Below are positions 27,165 to 35,698 of a stretch of 64,000 nt of DNA, piece after piece. The DNA is from an uncultured Gammaproteobacteria bacterium (GTDB taxonomy: Bacteria; Pseudomonadota; Gammaproteobacteria; Steroidobacterales; Woeseiaceae): the NCBI GenBank assembly GCA_963922215.1, contig CAWUHY010000001.1, positions 1,246 to 65,245 on the forward strand, in the 5' to 3' direction. Numbering within the stretch: the stretch's first letter is position 1; each line of letters starts with the position of its first letter. The notes beneath the pieces are model-generated. The model saw nothing but the letters and a program-made list of their open reading frames with translations, was not told the origin of the DNA and made no database searches. The position numbers and the translations under genes are program-made.

Positions 27165-28186
27165 GGTTTCGCTCCCGAGATCGGAAGCCGAATCGTGAAC
27201 TCGGTTCCGACGCCTTCTTCGCTCTCTACTTCGATCGTGCCGCCGTGGTCCTGAACAATGCCGAACGAGATTGACAGCCCCAGCCCGGTGCCGGAGCCTA
27301 CGGGTTTCGTCGTGAAAAACGGGTCGAATATCGAGCCGATTTTATCGGACGGTATCCCGCTTCCGGTATCGCGAAAGCGCAGTACTGCAAGATCTCCTTC
27401 AACAGCTGTCTTGATTCGAAGCGTTCCCTGAGAATCTATCGCCTGCGCGGCGTTGACGATCAGGTTCATGAATACCTGGTTCAGCTGAGCGAGATTGCAA
27501 AGGACCGGTGGCAATTCACCAAACTCCTTCACAACTTCGCACTTGTACTTGATCTCGTTGTCGACAACTTTCAGCGTTGATTCGATGCCGGCGTGCAAAT
27601 CCTCTTCGCACATCTGCGCATCGTCCACGCGCGAAAAGCTCTTTAATCCCTGGACGATATCCTTCACGCGCTTCGATCCTTCGATCGAGTCGTGCAGTAG
27701 ATCGCCGATATCTTCGAGAACGAACTCGATGTCTTCCTCGTCCTCAAGAGTCTTCATCGCCTGAAGAATTTCAGGGCGCGGTGATTCCTCCTGCACGTTT
27801 CTCGCATAGTCACGGTACCCGTCGATGAGCTTGTGCATGACGTCTGTGTAGCTTTTCAGCGAACCCAGGTTGCTCATGATGAAGCCGATCGGGTTGTTAA
27901 TTTCATGCGCAACGCCGGCTGCGAGCTGGCCGACAGATGCAAGTTTCTCGGACTGTACGAGCTGGGCTTGTGCCGACTTCAGTGCAGCGTGAGCCTGCTC
28001 GAGCTCGACGTTTCGGCGCTGGACCGTTGCATGTTCCTTCTTGAGCGCCTCACTGGCGAGATAGAGCTCACGCGATTTCGACTCAAGTAACGACTCCGCG
28101 CGCTCGCGCGCAGCGCGCTCGCGACGAATCGCACGTTCCAGCGCCGCGACGGCGCCGTCCGGTGAGGCTGCGGATGTCTCAGCCAA
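27161..28186 (-). CDS. Cytoplasmic sensor histidine kinase (HisKA + HATPase_c), H-NOX-associated (HnoK-like)
   Basis: 341 aa, no TM segment. Coiled-coil N-terminus, H-box LAAGVAHEINNP, N-box NLIVNAAQA, G-boxes DTGSGI and GTGLGLS. 8-nt overlap with the H-NOX gene. Confidence 0.9.
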   Translation of the reverse strand: MAETSAASPDGAVAALERAIRRERAARERAESLLESKSRELYLASEALKKEHATVQRRNVELEQAHAALKSAQAQLVQSEKLASVGQLAAGVAHEINNPIGFIMSNLGSLKSYTDVMHKLIDGYRDYARNVQEESPRPEILQAMKTLEDEEDIEFVLEDIGDLLHDSIEGSKRVKDIVQGLKSFSRVDDAQMCEEDLHAGIESTLKVVDNEIKYKCEVVKEFGELPPVLCNLAQLNQVFMNLIVNAAQAIDSQGTLRIKTAVEGDLAVLRFRDTGSGIPSDKIGSIFDPFFTTKPVGSGTGLGLSISFGIVQDHGGTIEVESEEGVGTEFTIRLPISGAKP

Positions 28187-28718
28187 ATCTGAGCTCCAGG
28201 CGACAGTTCTCGGCTCCGTCGTGCATGCACTGTGTGTGATCTACCGCGATGGGTTGTTCAAAGACTTCTGCGACTCCGTCGATCAAGCCCTCCGCAAGCG
28301 GGCAAAGTTTCCGCTCGGATGTATAGATCATCGTCAGTTCATCCGACGACGGATCTTCATACTCGAATGTTGGCAGCAAGGAATCGGGATGTAGTTTCTT
28401 GACCTCGACGTGAATGACATCGTGAACGCTCGCGAGGAAAGACTTCGCACTGTGACCTTCCATGAATTCGGGATGGATTGATTGAAACCTGTGCATCATG
28501 TACTTGCCAAACGCGCGGATGAGTTCCGGACCGGAGGCGCCGGTAATCTTGGAGAGTTCTGTTACATAGGCGACCAGTTCTTCGTCCGGGTAGACATCGC
28601 TGCTCGTGTAGATCGCCTCAGAATCCGGCTGCGTGCGTTCGATCAGCTGGTCCCAGGTTTCCCAACCAAAGTTGTCGGTGACGAGGTCACCGAAAATATT
28701 GAATACCATTCCTTTCAT
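28179..28718 (-). CDS. H-NOX (heme nitric oxide/oxygen binding) domain protein
   Basis: ORF 28179..28784. ATG 28718 is preferred because it avoids overlap with the upstream gene. The N-terminus MKGMVFNIFGDLV is typical of HNOB. A candidate proximal His lies in FLASVHDVIHVEV. The heme-propionate motif Y.S.R is present (YTSER). Confidence 0.88.
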   Translation of the reverse strand: MKGMVFNIFGDLVTDNFGWETWDQLIERTQPDSEAIYTSSDVYPDEELVAYVTELSKITGASGPELIRAFGKYMMHRFQSIHPEFMEGHSAKSFLASVHDVIHVEVKKLHPDSLLPTFEYEDPSSDELTMIYTSERKLCPLAEGLIDGVAEVFEQPIAVDHTQCMHDGAENCRLELRFG

Positions 28719-28740
28719 GGGTACGTCCTCGTCAATTTGT

Positions 28741-29505
28741 TTAGCCAGCGACAGTTGCGATGAGGGTGTGCGCCTGGCCGCCAATCTCGACTTCGGCGAC
28801 GTGCGCTGAATACGATGTTTGGTCGACCGTTAATTCAAATCGTCCAGCCGCAACATGTTCTGCTGCGGTCCGCCACGGGGGGGCTGCGATCTCACCGAGC
28901 CCGGCTCCCGGCAGGTGGCCGAACTGGTTTGCGAACCGTTCGTTGGCGTAGATCAGGCGGCTGTCCACATCGAGTGCCGCAATTGCGATCGGAAGCCGTT
29001 CCAGCACGTCGCGCGACGAATTCAGGAGCGCTTCCTGCAGCTGGAGCATTTCCGCCTGGCGCTGTTGCTGCTCCTCCAGGTCGGACGCGCGACGATTGAG
29101 ATCGTCCACCGCATCTCTTTCAGCCGCGATTTCCGCAGCGCGCTCAAGGCAGTGTTGAACTACCGCCGTCAGTTCTTCGTCGTCCCAGGGCTTGGCCAGA
29201 AAACGGTAAACATTGCCGTCGTTGATTGCCGCGACCACCGATTCCATCTCGGCGTAGCCCGAGAGGATGCAGCGGACGGTGTTCGGGAAGCGTTCGCGAA
29301 CTGTCTTGAGAAAATCTGTTCCGCGCATGCCCGGCATTCTTTGATCAGCGAAGACCAGTTGCACTTCGTGCGCCTCAAGCAGCGCGAGACCCTCCGTCGC
29401 GCTCCCGGCGGTCAGCACCGTCAGGCTGCTCTTGCGAAAAAGGCGCTTCATCGCGCGCAGAACGCCAGCGTCGTCATCGACAAAGAGGACCGTCGGCGTT
29501 GTCAT
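28741..29505 (-). CDS. Response regulator: REC domain + coiled coil + PAS-like C-terminal domain
   Basis: 254 aa. REC (VLFVDDD ... LVFADQRMPGMRG ... AKPW). The C-terminal ~90 aa are PAS-like (LERLPIAIAALDVDSRLIYANERFANQFG). Confidence 0.8.
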   Translation of the reverse strand: MTTPTVLFVDDDAGVLRAMKRLFRKSSLTVLTAGSATEGLALLEAHEVQLVFADQRMPGMRGTDFLKTVRERFPNTVRCILSGYAEMESVVAAINDGNVYRFLAKPWDDEELTAVVQHCLERAAEIAAERDAVDDLNRRASDLEEQQQRQAEMLQLQEALLNSSRDVLERLPIAIAALDVDSRLIYANERFANQFGHLPGAGLGEIAAPPWRTAAEHVAAGRFELTVDQTSYSAHVAEVEIGGQAHTLIATVAG

Positions 29506-30743
29506 CCGGCGCTCTCCGGCTGACCGTTTCTGATCCAGCTATCAATGTCACCGTGGCTCGTCGGTTTTCCGAAGTAGTAGCCCTGCGCCGTATTGGCACC
29601 GAGCTCCTGTGCCGCGGCGGCCTGTTCTTCCGTTTCAATTCCCTCGACGGTGGTCTTCATCCCGAGGTCGCTCGCCATCTCCAGCACTTTGGCGACAATG
29701 GTGTTGCCCTTTTCTGTTCCGAGCTGCTGGGTCAGTGACCGATCGAGTTTGAGTACGGTGAACGGAAGGTCGGTCAGGTATGACAGGGTTGTGGCGCCTG
29801 CGCCAAAGTCGTCAATGGCAAGTTCGACGCCGATTTCCGACAGTCGATTAAGCCTGTCGAGCGTTCCCTCGTCACAGTTGACTGCCTGCGACTCCGTGAT
29901 CTCGATTTGCATCGACGAAGGAGGAATCGGGTGCTCGGCGAGTAGTTTCTCGAGATAGGTCACGAGTGCGTCGTCCCGCAGATCGACCGGCGAGACGTTC
30001 ATGCCGACCCGGCCCTGCGGCCACTCGCGCAGCCACTGCTCAGCGCGATAGCAGACCTCGCAGACAACCCAATGCGTCAAAGCCGTCATCGCGCCACTTC
30101 GTTCCGCAAGGCCGATAAATCGATCCGGCCGCACGTTGCCGATGCTGGCTTCCCAGCGCAGCAGCGCTTCAACGCCACTCATGGATCGCGTCGCCAGATC
30201 GACCTGCGGCTGATACTGCAATGACAAGGATCCATTGCTTGCCGCGTGATGCAGCTCTCGCGTGAGTTTGCGGTCTTCGTCGAACTCGGCCCACGAAAGC
30301 TCACGATCGCCGCTTCCTTGGTCGTTGGAGGCGGTCCCGCCAGTACCGCCGGCGAAGGACTCCATCACGTGCCGGAACGAGGCCCGAAGATCCGCTTTCA
30401 GAATGGCGTCGTCCCACGGCTTCATCATGAATTTGTGGATGGCACCGCTGTCGATAGCGCGAGCAACTTCCTCCGACTGGAACCGGCCGCTGATCATCAA
30501 GCGTCGCTGCTGTGGGAATCGCCTCGCCGCTGCCGACAAAAACTCGATCCCGCTCGTGCCGGGCATGTCCTGATCGCAAATGATTACGTCGACAGCATCG
30601 TCTTTGAGAATGCGCTCAGCCGCTTCAGCGTCCTGCGCAGTTTGAATCTGATAGCCTTCGTTCCGCAGCAGACGCTTCAACGCACGCCGGACCGACGGCT
30701 CGTCGTCAACAATCAAGAGGCTCCCGGCGTTTGCCGCAACCAT
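29502..30743 (-). CDS. Response regulator: REC domain + EAL c-di-GMP phosphodiesterase domain (HnoB-like)
   Basis: 413 aa. REC (LLIVDDE ... VIICDQDMPGTSG ... MKPW). The EAL domain has intact signature residues (GVEALLRW, EITES, DDFGAG, KLDRS, EGIETEEQ). Confidence 0.9.
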   Translation of the reverse strand: MVAANAGSLLIVDDEPSVRRALKRLLRNEGYQIQTAQDAEAAERILKDDAVDVIICDQDMPGTSGIEFLSAAARRFPQQRRLMISGRFQSEEVARAIDSGAIHKFMMKPWDDAILKADLRASFRHVMESFAGGTGGTASNDQGSGDRELSWAEFDEDRKLTRELHHAASNGSLSLQYQPQVDLATRSMSGVEALLRWEASIGNVRPDRFIGLAERSGAMTALTHWVVCEVCYRAEQWLREWPQGRVGMNVSPVDLRDDALVTYLEKLLAEHPIPPSSMQIEITESQAVNCDEGTLDRLNRLSEIGVELAIDDFGAGATTLSYLTDLPFTVLKLDRSLTQQLGTEKGNTIVAKVLEMASDLGMKTTVEGIETEEQAAAAQELGANTAQGYYFGKPTSHGDIDSWIRNGQPESAG

Positions 30744-30998
30744 TCCTGCATCTCCTTCCGCATCTACGCTCCAATATCGGCATCCTTCGAGATTTCTTTA
30801 TTCGTCGATTCGTGGCTTCCTGGCCCGTGTTCCGAGCTCTTAGGCAGATCGTCAAAACCTGCAGGAACCCGGCATCTGGTATCAGGCGAACGCCTGGCGA
30901 GGCGGGGTTCTCGGGACACGGAGGACAGCGTTTTCAGGACAGGCTCATCAGCGCCGGCGCCTGGGCTCCAGGCTTACCGCGAAAGAACGGTCACGGGT

Positions 30999-31025
30999 TA
31001 TCCCGGGCCGGTTTGGCCCGGGATA
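30999..31025 (-). terminator. GC-rich hairpin (11-bp perfect stem TATCCCGGGCC / GGCCCGGGATA, 5-nt loop) downstream of the M14 peptidase gene
   Basis: Read directly from the sequence. About 77 nt after the stop of the minus-strand gene 31102..32421. No clear U-tract follows on the minus strand, so assignment as an intrinsic terminator is tentative. Confidence 0.35.
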
Positions 31026-31101
31026 GGAATTACGTGGTGCGGCAGTACGAAAAGCCGGGGAAACGTTCCGCGACGATGCGGCGCACGTCGAACCTTTGCG
31101 A

Positions 31102-32421
31102 TCAGTCAGAAACGGCCGATGGCACCCCGGCCTCGACGCGTATGATCGTCTCCTCATCGCGTCGAAGGTCGAACGTGATGTCGCGATAGAGCGTGTCGAG
31201 ATCGACAGGGCAGCGCTCAGCCGGCGGACAGTCCGCGGTCGTCAGCGTCATGCCAGTCGCATCGATCTCCTCGTAGCCGCCAAAGGTTGAGAGGTCGCCC
31301 CAGTCCCTGATTGTTGCCGGGCGCGCGTCGCCGTCGGCGACGGGGCTGACCGGGTTGCCTTTGAAGTTGATGCCGACGTCCGTCAGGTAGTCGCTGCCGT
31401 TTTCGAGCACGACGGTTGCATTGCGGACGAGGACATCGAACAACCGCGTCCTGTTGAACGGGATTGCTTCGTAAGCGTCGAGTTCGACATCGCGGTATGA
31501 CCCGTCGGCAATAGCGTCGAAGCTCAGGATCAAGGATGCGAACGTCAGCTCGCGCGGCAGTTCGCGGCCCGGGTCATCGGGGCTGCCGCCGGCCTCGATC
31601 AGGATTGTGCTGGTCCCCCAGCCCTGGATGTTGTCGCCGAATGCACGCGGTTCCCAGGTGTCGTTGTAGCGGCCGATCTGGCCGGGTATCACCGGTTGAA
31701 GCTCTTCGTTCAGGAGGCCGATGAGCTGCATCGCGCGTCGGCGCACCGCATTGACCGTCTTGTCTTCGTCGTAGGCGGGTGCGAGGAACGACATCGTCGC
31801 CGGTTGGGACGGGGAGGCCGCCGAGTAGAAGCGGCCCTGGTCGTGCAGGTTGAAGCCGAACACCGGCTGCCAGCGATCGACGGCCGCTTTCAGGACTCTG
31901 CCTTCCGGTGTCTGCAGGCGCCGCGCGTCGCGATTGACGTCGATGCCCTGGACGTTGCGGCGCTTGAAGCGTGCTGCCCCGTCGGGGTTCAGCATCGGAA
32001 TAAAGCGCAGCGTCAGCTCGTCGTGCCAGTGCTCGACCTGTTCCCGGTTCTTCGGGTCGGCCATGTAATGAAACAAATCGAAGATCGCCGCCGTCGCGGT
32101 TGGCTCATCACCGTGCATCTGCGACCAGAGCAGGATCTCTGTAGGCCCGCGACCGACGCTCATCACGTAAATCGGCCGGCCTTCGACGGATTCACCGAGT
32201 TGTTCCATCGCGACGCCTGGCTTGCCGCGGATGCCTTCGATCAGCGCGTAGACCTGTTCCGGTGTGAAATCGTAATTGTCGAGTGTCGGCTCACGATAGT
32301 CGGCATGGCGCGCGACAAGATCCGCGCCGGTTGCTGACAGGCTCTTGATGCTCGTCTGGCTGCAGGCCGAGACCGCGACAAGGCTTAACGCAGCGAACAA
32401 AAGTCCTTTGCACCGGATCAT
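31102..32421 (-). CDS. M14 family zinc carboxypeptidase, lipoprotein (MpaA-like murein peptide carboxypeptidase candidate)
   Basis: 439 aa. Lipobox LVAVSAC. Zinc motif H..E in WSQMHGDEPTAT. M14-like core. Confidence 0.8.
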   Translation of the reverse strand: MIRCKGLLFAALSLVAVSACSQTSIKSLSATGADLVARHADYREPTLDNYDFTPEQVYALIEGIRGKPGVAMEQLGESVEGRPIYVMSVGRGPTEILLWSQMHGDEPTATAAIFDLFHYMADPKNREQVEHWHDELTLRFIPMLNPDGAARFKRRNVQGIDVNRDARRLQTPEGRVLKAAVDRWQPVFGFNLHDQGRFYSAASPSQPATMSFLAPAYDEDKTVNAVRRRAMQLIGLLNEELQPVIPGQIGRYNDTWEPRAFGDNIQGWGTSTILIEAGGSPDDPGRELPRELTFASLILSFDAIADGSYRDVELDAYEAIPFNRTRLFDVLVRNATVVLENGSDYLTDVGINFKGNPVSPVADGDARPATIRDWGDLSTFGGYEEIDATGMTLTTADCPPAERCPVDLDTLYRDITFDLRRDEETIIRVEAGVPSAVSD

Positions 32422-33179
32422 CGCGTCAGCTCGCGTCGAAATGCGGTCATGAAGCAGTCGCCCGGATCGGATTTTTCAGAGCGGTAGTCGGGCTTGTCCT
32501 CGACGAACAGTTCGTGGCCGGGGTGTGCCGGATTCTCGAAGTCCCTGTACTCCTGGTGGCCGATGGCCCATTCGAGACTGGGGTAACGGCCGGCGAGGTA
32601 CTTGACGAGCGCAACGTTCGCGGCGACCTGCGCGTCCGTCATCGGCAATTCCGCATCGCTGCACAGGTCGCCGTCACCGATGTTCTCGATGCCGACCGCC
32701 ACATGGTTCAAACCGATCGTATGCCTCGCGATAAGCGTTTCCGGATACAGCCCGTAGATTGACCCGTCGCGGTCGACGACGAAATGAATGCCGACGTTCA
32801 AGCGCCCGTTCTCGTGGATCGTCGCGCGAGCCGCTTCGATTTCTTCGCGAGCAAAATAGTTCAGCGTTTTCTCGAGTGTCGGTATGACCGTGTAGTGCAG
32901 CACGACGACACGCGGTTCGAAGCGGATCGCATCGACCCCTTCTACATTCCGACGCTCGTCATACAGCTCCTTGTGATGCCGCTCCAGGTAGTCAAGCGTC
33001 AAATCAATGCGGGAGTCGCTCATGCGCGTGCGATGCGACTCGATGATCTCGGGCCGGGGGCCGTCCAGCGTGTCGGACAGGCGCTGCTCCGACCAGTCGG
33101 GCTTGGCACAGGCGCTCAGCGGTGCAGCCGCGAGCGGCAGCGCGACAAGAGCGCTTCGAAGAATTCTTGTCAGCAACAT
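32418..33179 (-). CDS. N-acetylmuramoyl-L-alanine amidase (Amidase_2/PGRP fold), lipoprotein (AmiD-like)
   Basis: 253 aa. Lipobox PLSAC. Amidase_2 blocks (VVVLHYTV, HFVVDRDG, HTIGLNHVAVGIEN, GHQE). Confidence 0.8.
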   Translation of the reverse strand: MLLTRILRSALVALPLAAAPLSACAKPDWSEQRLSDTLDGPRPEIIESHRTRMSDSRIDLTLDYLERHHKELYDERRNVEGVDAIRFEPRVVVLHYTVIPTLEKTLNYFAREEIEAARATIHENGRLNVGIHFVVDRDGSIYGLYPETLIARHTIGLNHVAVGIENIGDGDLCSDAELPMTDAQVAANVALVKYLAGRYPSLEWAIGHQEYRDFENPAHPGHELFVEDKPDYRSEKSDPGDCFMTAFRRELTR

Positions 33180-33223
33180 ACGACGAACTCCATTCGGCGG
33201 ATCGTCATGGTATTCGGCGGACC

Positions 33224-34036
33224 ATGTCGATTGCCAGCGGCAAACTGATCGAATTCATTCTGTCCGGATATAATCGAGCGTCGAAAAGCACTGCTGATGC
33301 GGAGAAACGATTGGAACAGACTGTCCACTACGAGCTGAGCGACGGTGTTGCAGTGATCCGCATCGACGACGGCAAGCGCAACGCGCTGTCACCGGAGGTT
33401 CTCGCGGCCATCGACGCGGCGCTGGACCGTGCGGAATCCGACGGGGCGATCGTGATTCTCACCGGTCGCGAGGATGTGTTTTCTGCCGGCTTCGATCTCA
33501 AGGTCATGAAGCGTGGCGGCAGCAATGCGCTGCGCATGCTGCGCCGCGGCTATTCGATGACGGGCCGCGTGCTCGCTTACCCGTATCCGGTGATCGTTGC
33601 ATGCCCCGGACACTCGTTCGCCATGGGTGTTTTCCTGATGCTGTCCGCCGACCACGTGATCGGGACAGAAGGCGAGTACAAGATTGCAGCGAATGAAGTC
33701 GCGATCGGGCTGACGATGCCGCGCACGGCCGCAACGATGCTGAAGCATCGACTGACCCCGTCGGCGTATCAGCGTGCCGTGACCGTGTCTGCAGTCTTCG
33801 ACGTGCCGTCGGCGCAACAGGCCGGATTCTTCGATGAAGTCGTCAACGCGGACGCACTACTGTCGAAGGCGCGCGAGCGTGCGGCAGAATTCAAAGCGCT
33901 GGACGCGCGAGCGCACACAGAGTCGAAGCGCCGCATCCGCGGCAAACTGATTCGACGAATCCGCTTCACTGTCTGGCTAGACCTGCTGGATGCGATTCGT
34001 CTGGGGATGCGCGGCACGAAACCGAGATCGGGTTAG
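33224..34036 (+). CDS. Crotonase/enoyl-CoA hydratase superfamily protein
   Basis: ORF 33122..34036. ATG 33224 is preferred. Crotonase pattern VAVIRIDDGKRNALS ... VILTGREDVFSAGFDLK ... PVIVACPGHSFAMG. Confidence 0.82.
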   Translation: MSIASGKLIEFILSGYNRASKSTADAEKRLEQTVHYELSDGVAVIRIDDGKRNALSPEVLAAIDAALDRAESDGAIVILTGREDVFSAGFDLKVMKRGGSNALRMLRRGYSMTGRVLAYPYPVIVACPGHSFAMGVFLMLSADHVIGTEGEYKIAANEVAIGLTMPRTAATMLKHRLTPSAYQRAVTVSAVFDVPSAQQAGFFDEVVNADALLSKARERAAEFKALDARAHTESKRRIRGKLIRRIRFTVWLDLLDAIRLGMRGTKPRSG

Positions 34037-34057
34037 CGGCAAGTTGCCCGCGCGACG

Positions 34058-35629
34058 TCAGGCCGGCGATTCGTCCTGTTTCAAATACTCTTCAGCGCGA
34101 CTTGCGAAACCGTGGCCGGCTTCGCTGAACATGTTGAAGCTTTCGATATCGTATTTCTCGAGTTCGTCGGCCTCATCGGCGAAGCGGACGATTGCCGTGA
34201 TGTGGCCCTTGTAGCCGAGCTCACGCAACTGTTTGCCGACCAGCTTGTTCTCCGCGTGGTTGGTCAGCGCGAGCATGACCTGCTCAACCTCGTCCAGGTT
34301 GATGTTCGCCCAGAAGTCCGGATCACTCGCGTCGGCATCGACGACGCGTCGGCCTTCTTTCCAGTGCTCTCTCAGTTTCGCCTGGTTCTCGTCGACGCCG
34401 AGCAGCGCATCGCCGCGTTTCTCACGCATGATGTCGTAGGTGCCCGTGCCAACGCGTCCCATGCCGAGAACGATTGCATGCACGTTGCTCGTATCCGGCT
34501 TGTCCACGTCAAGCTCGGGGCTGCGATAGGCGGCGAGTTTCGTCTGCCAGCGCTTGTAAAGGGAGTGTGCACGCACGTTAATGCCGGACGACAGCAGGAA
34601 ACTGACAGCGATCGCAAGCGACAGGGTTGCCGACCACTGCGGATCGACGACGCCCTGAGTTGCGGCGATCGCGATAACGATCAACCCGAATTCGCTGTAG
34701 TTGGACAGCGCAGACGAGCTCAAGAACGCAACGCGCGGTTCCGAATACAGGCGCGTCATCAGCCAGAAATACAGCGGTGCCTTTAGCGGCGCGAGCACGC
34801 CCAGGATCGCTGCGATCAGGATCAGTTCCGGTGCCGGCCAGCCGAGAAGGCCGATGCTGACAAAGAAACCGACCAGGAACAGGTCTTTAAAGTGCAGGAG
34901 GTTCTTGGCTAGCTCTTTGGCGATCCGGTCGCCCGCCAGCAGCGCACCAAGAATCAGGGCGCCCAGATCGCCCTTGATGCCAACGGACTCGAACACCTCT
35001 GCGCCGAGAATTGCGAGTGACAGTCCGAACAGGGTGAAGAGTTCGCCGTGACCGCACATCGACAGCATGCGTCGAATCAGCGGGCGGCCTGGAATCAGCA
35101 GCAGGAGCCCGAGCGCGGTCCACTCTGGCACTTTTCCGGTGCTCGCGCCGATGTATAAAACCGCTGCGATATCCTGCATCAGCAGCACGCCGATCGCGAG
35201 ATTTGCGTGGCGGGATGCCATCTCGCCACGCTCCTGCAAAACCTGGATCGCGAAAACCGTGCTGGAGAATGACAGCGCAAAGCCGATGGTGATTGCCTGG
35301 GTCCAGCCGAAGGCCTGGTCCGTCGCGAACACCAGCATCAGGACGAGAAGAATCGGTGCGAGAACCAGTATGGTCAGCAGCATGTGCACAAGTGATGTGC
35401 CCCAGACCGCTCGCGCGAGCAGGTCGGCTGGCTTCAGTTTGAGACCGATCGTGAAGAGCAGGAGCGTAACGCCCATGTCCGCGAGCTGCGGCAGCAGCGC
35501 GCCTTCCTGCGCGCCCAGCTCGTGCAGCAGGAACCCGGCGGCGAGGTAGCCGATCAGCGCAGGCAGCCCGACACTGCGGGCCAGGAGGCCGCAGACGAGA
35601 GCCGAAACGATGATCAGTGGATCAAACAT
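34058..35629 (-). CDS. CPA2 family monovalent cation:proton antiporter with C-terminal TrkA-N (RCK) domain (KefB/YbaL-like)
   Basis: 523 aa. Na_H_Exchanger membrane domain followed by a Rossmann-type segment (HAIVLGMGRVGTGTYD). Confidence 0.88.
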   Translation of the reverse strand: MFDPLIIVSALVCGLLARSVGLPALIGYLAAGFLLHELGAQEGALLPQLADMGVTLLLFTIGLKLKPADLLARAVWGTSLVHMLLTILVLAPILLVLMLVFATDQAFGWTQAITIGFALSFSSTVFAIQVLQERGEMASRHANLAIGVLLMQDIAAVLYIGASTGKVPEWTALGLLLLIPGRPLIRRMLSMCGHGELFTLFGLSLAILGAEVFESVGIKGDLGALILGALLAGDRIAKELAKNLLHFKDLFLVGFFVSIGLLGWPAPELILIAAILGVLAPLKAPLYFWLMTRLYSEPRVAFLSSSALSNYSEFGLIVIAIAATQGVVDPQWSATLSLAIAVSFLLSSGINVRAHSLYKRWQTKLAAYRSPELDVDKPDTSNVHAIVLGMGRVGTGTYDIMREKRGDALLGVDENQAKLREHWKEGRRVVDADASDPDFWANINLDEVEQVMLALTNHAENKLVGKQLRELGYKGHITAIVRFADEADELEKYDIESFNMFSEAGHGFASRAEEYLKQDESPA

Positions 35630-35698
35630 GGAGTAACTCCGGAACGTCTACTCTGTGTCGGCACGTCTCGTAATTGCTTTAGGAACAGACCCTTATCT

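Noticed and set aside
30246-31145. 299-aa plus-strand ORF opposite the REC-EAL gene and the upstream intergenic region
   Set aside because: It is antisense to an ORF with intact REC and EAL motifs, and it has no recognisable motif of its own.
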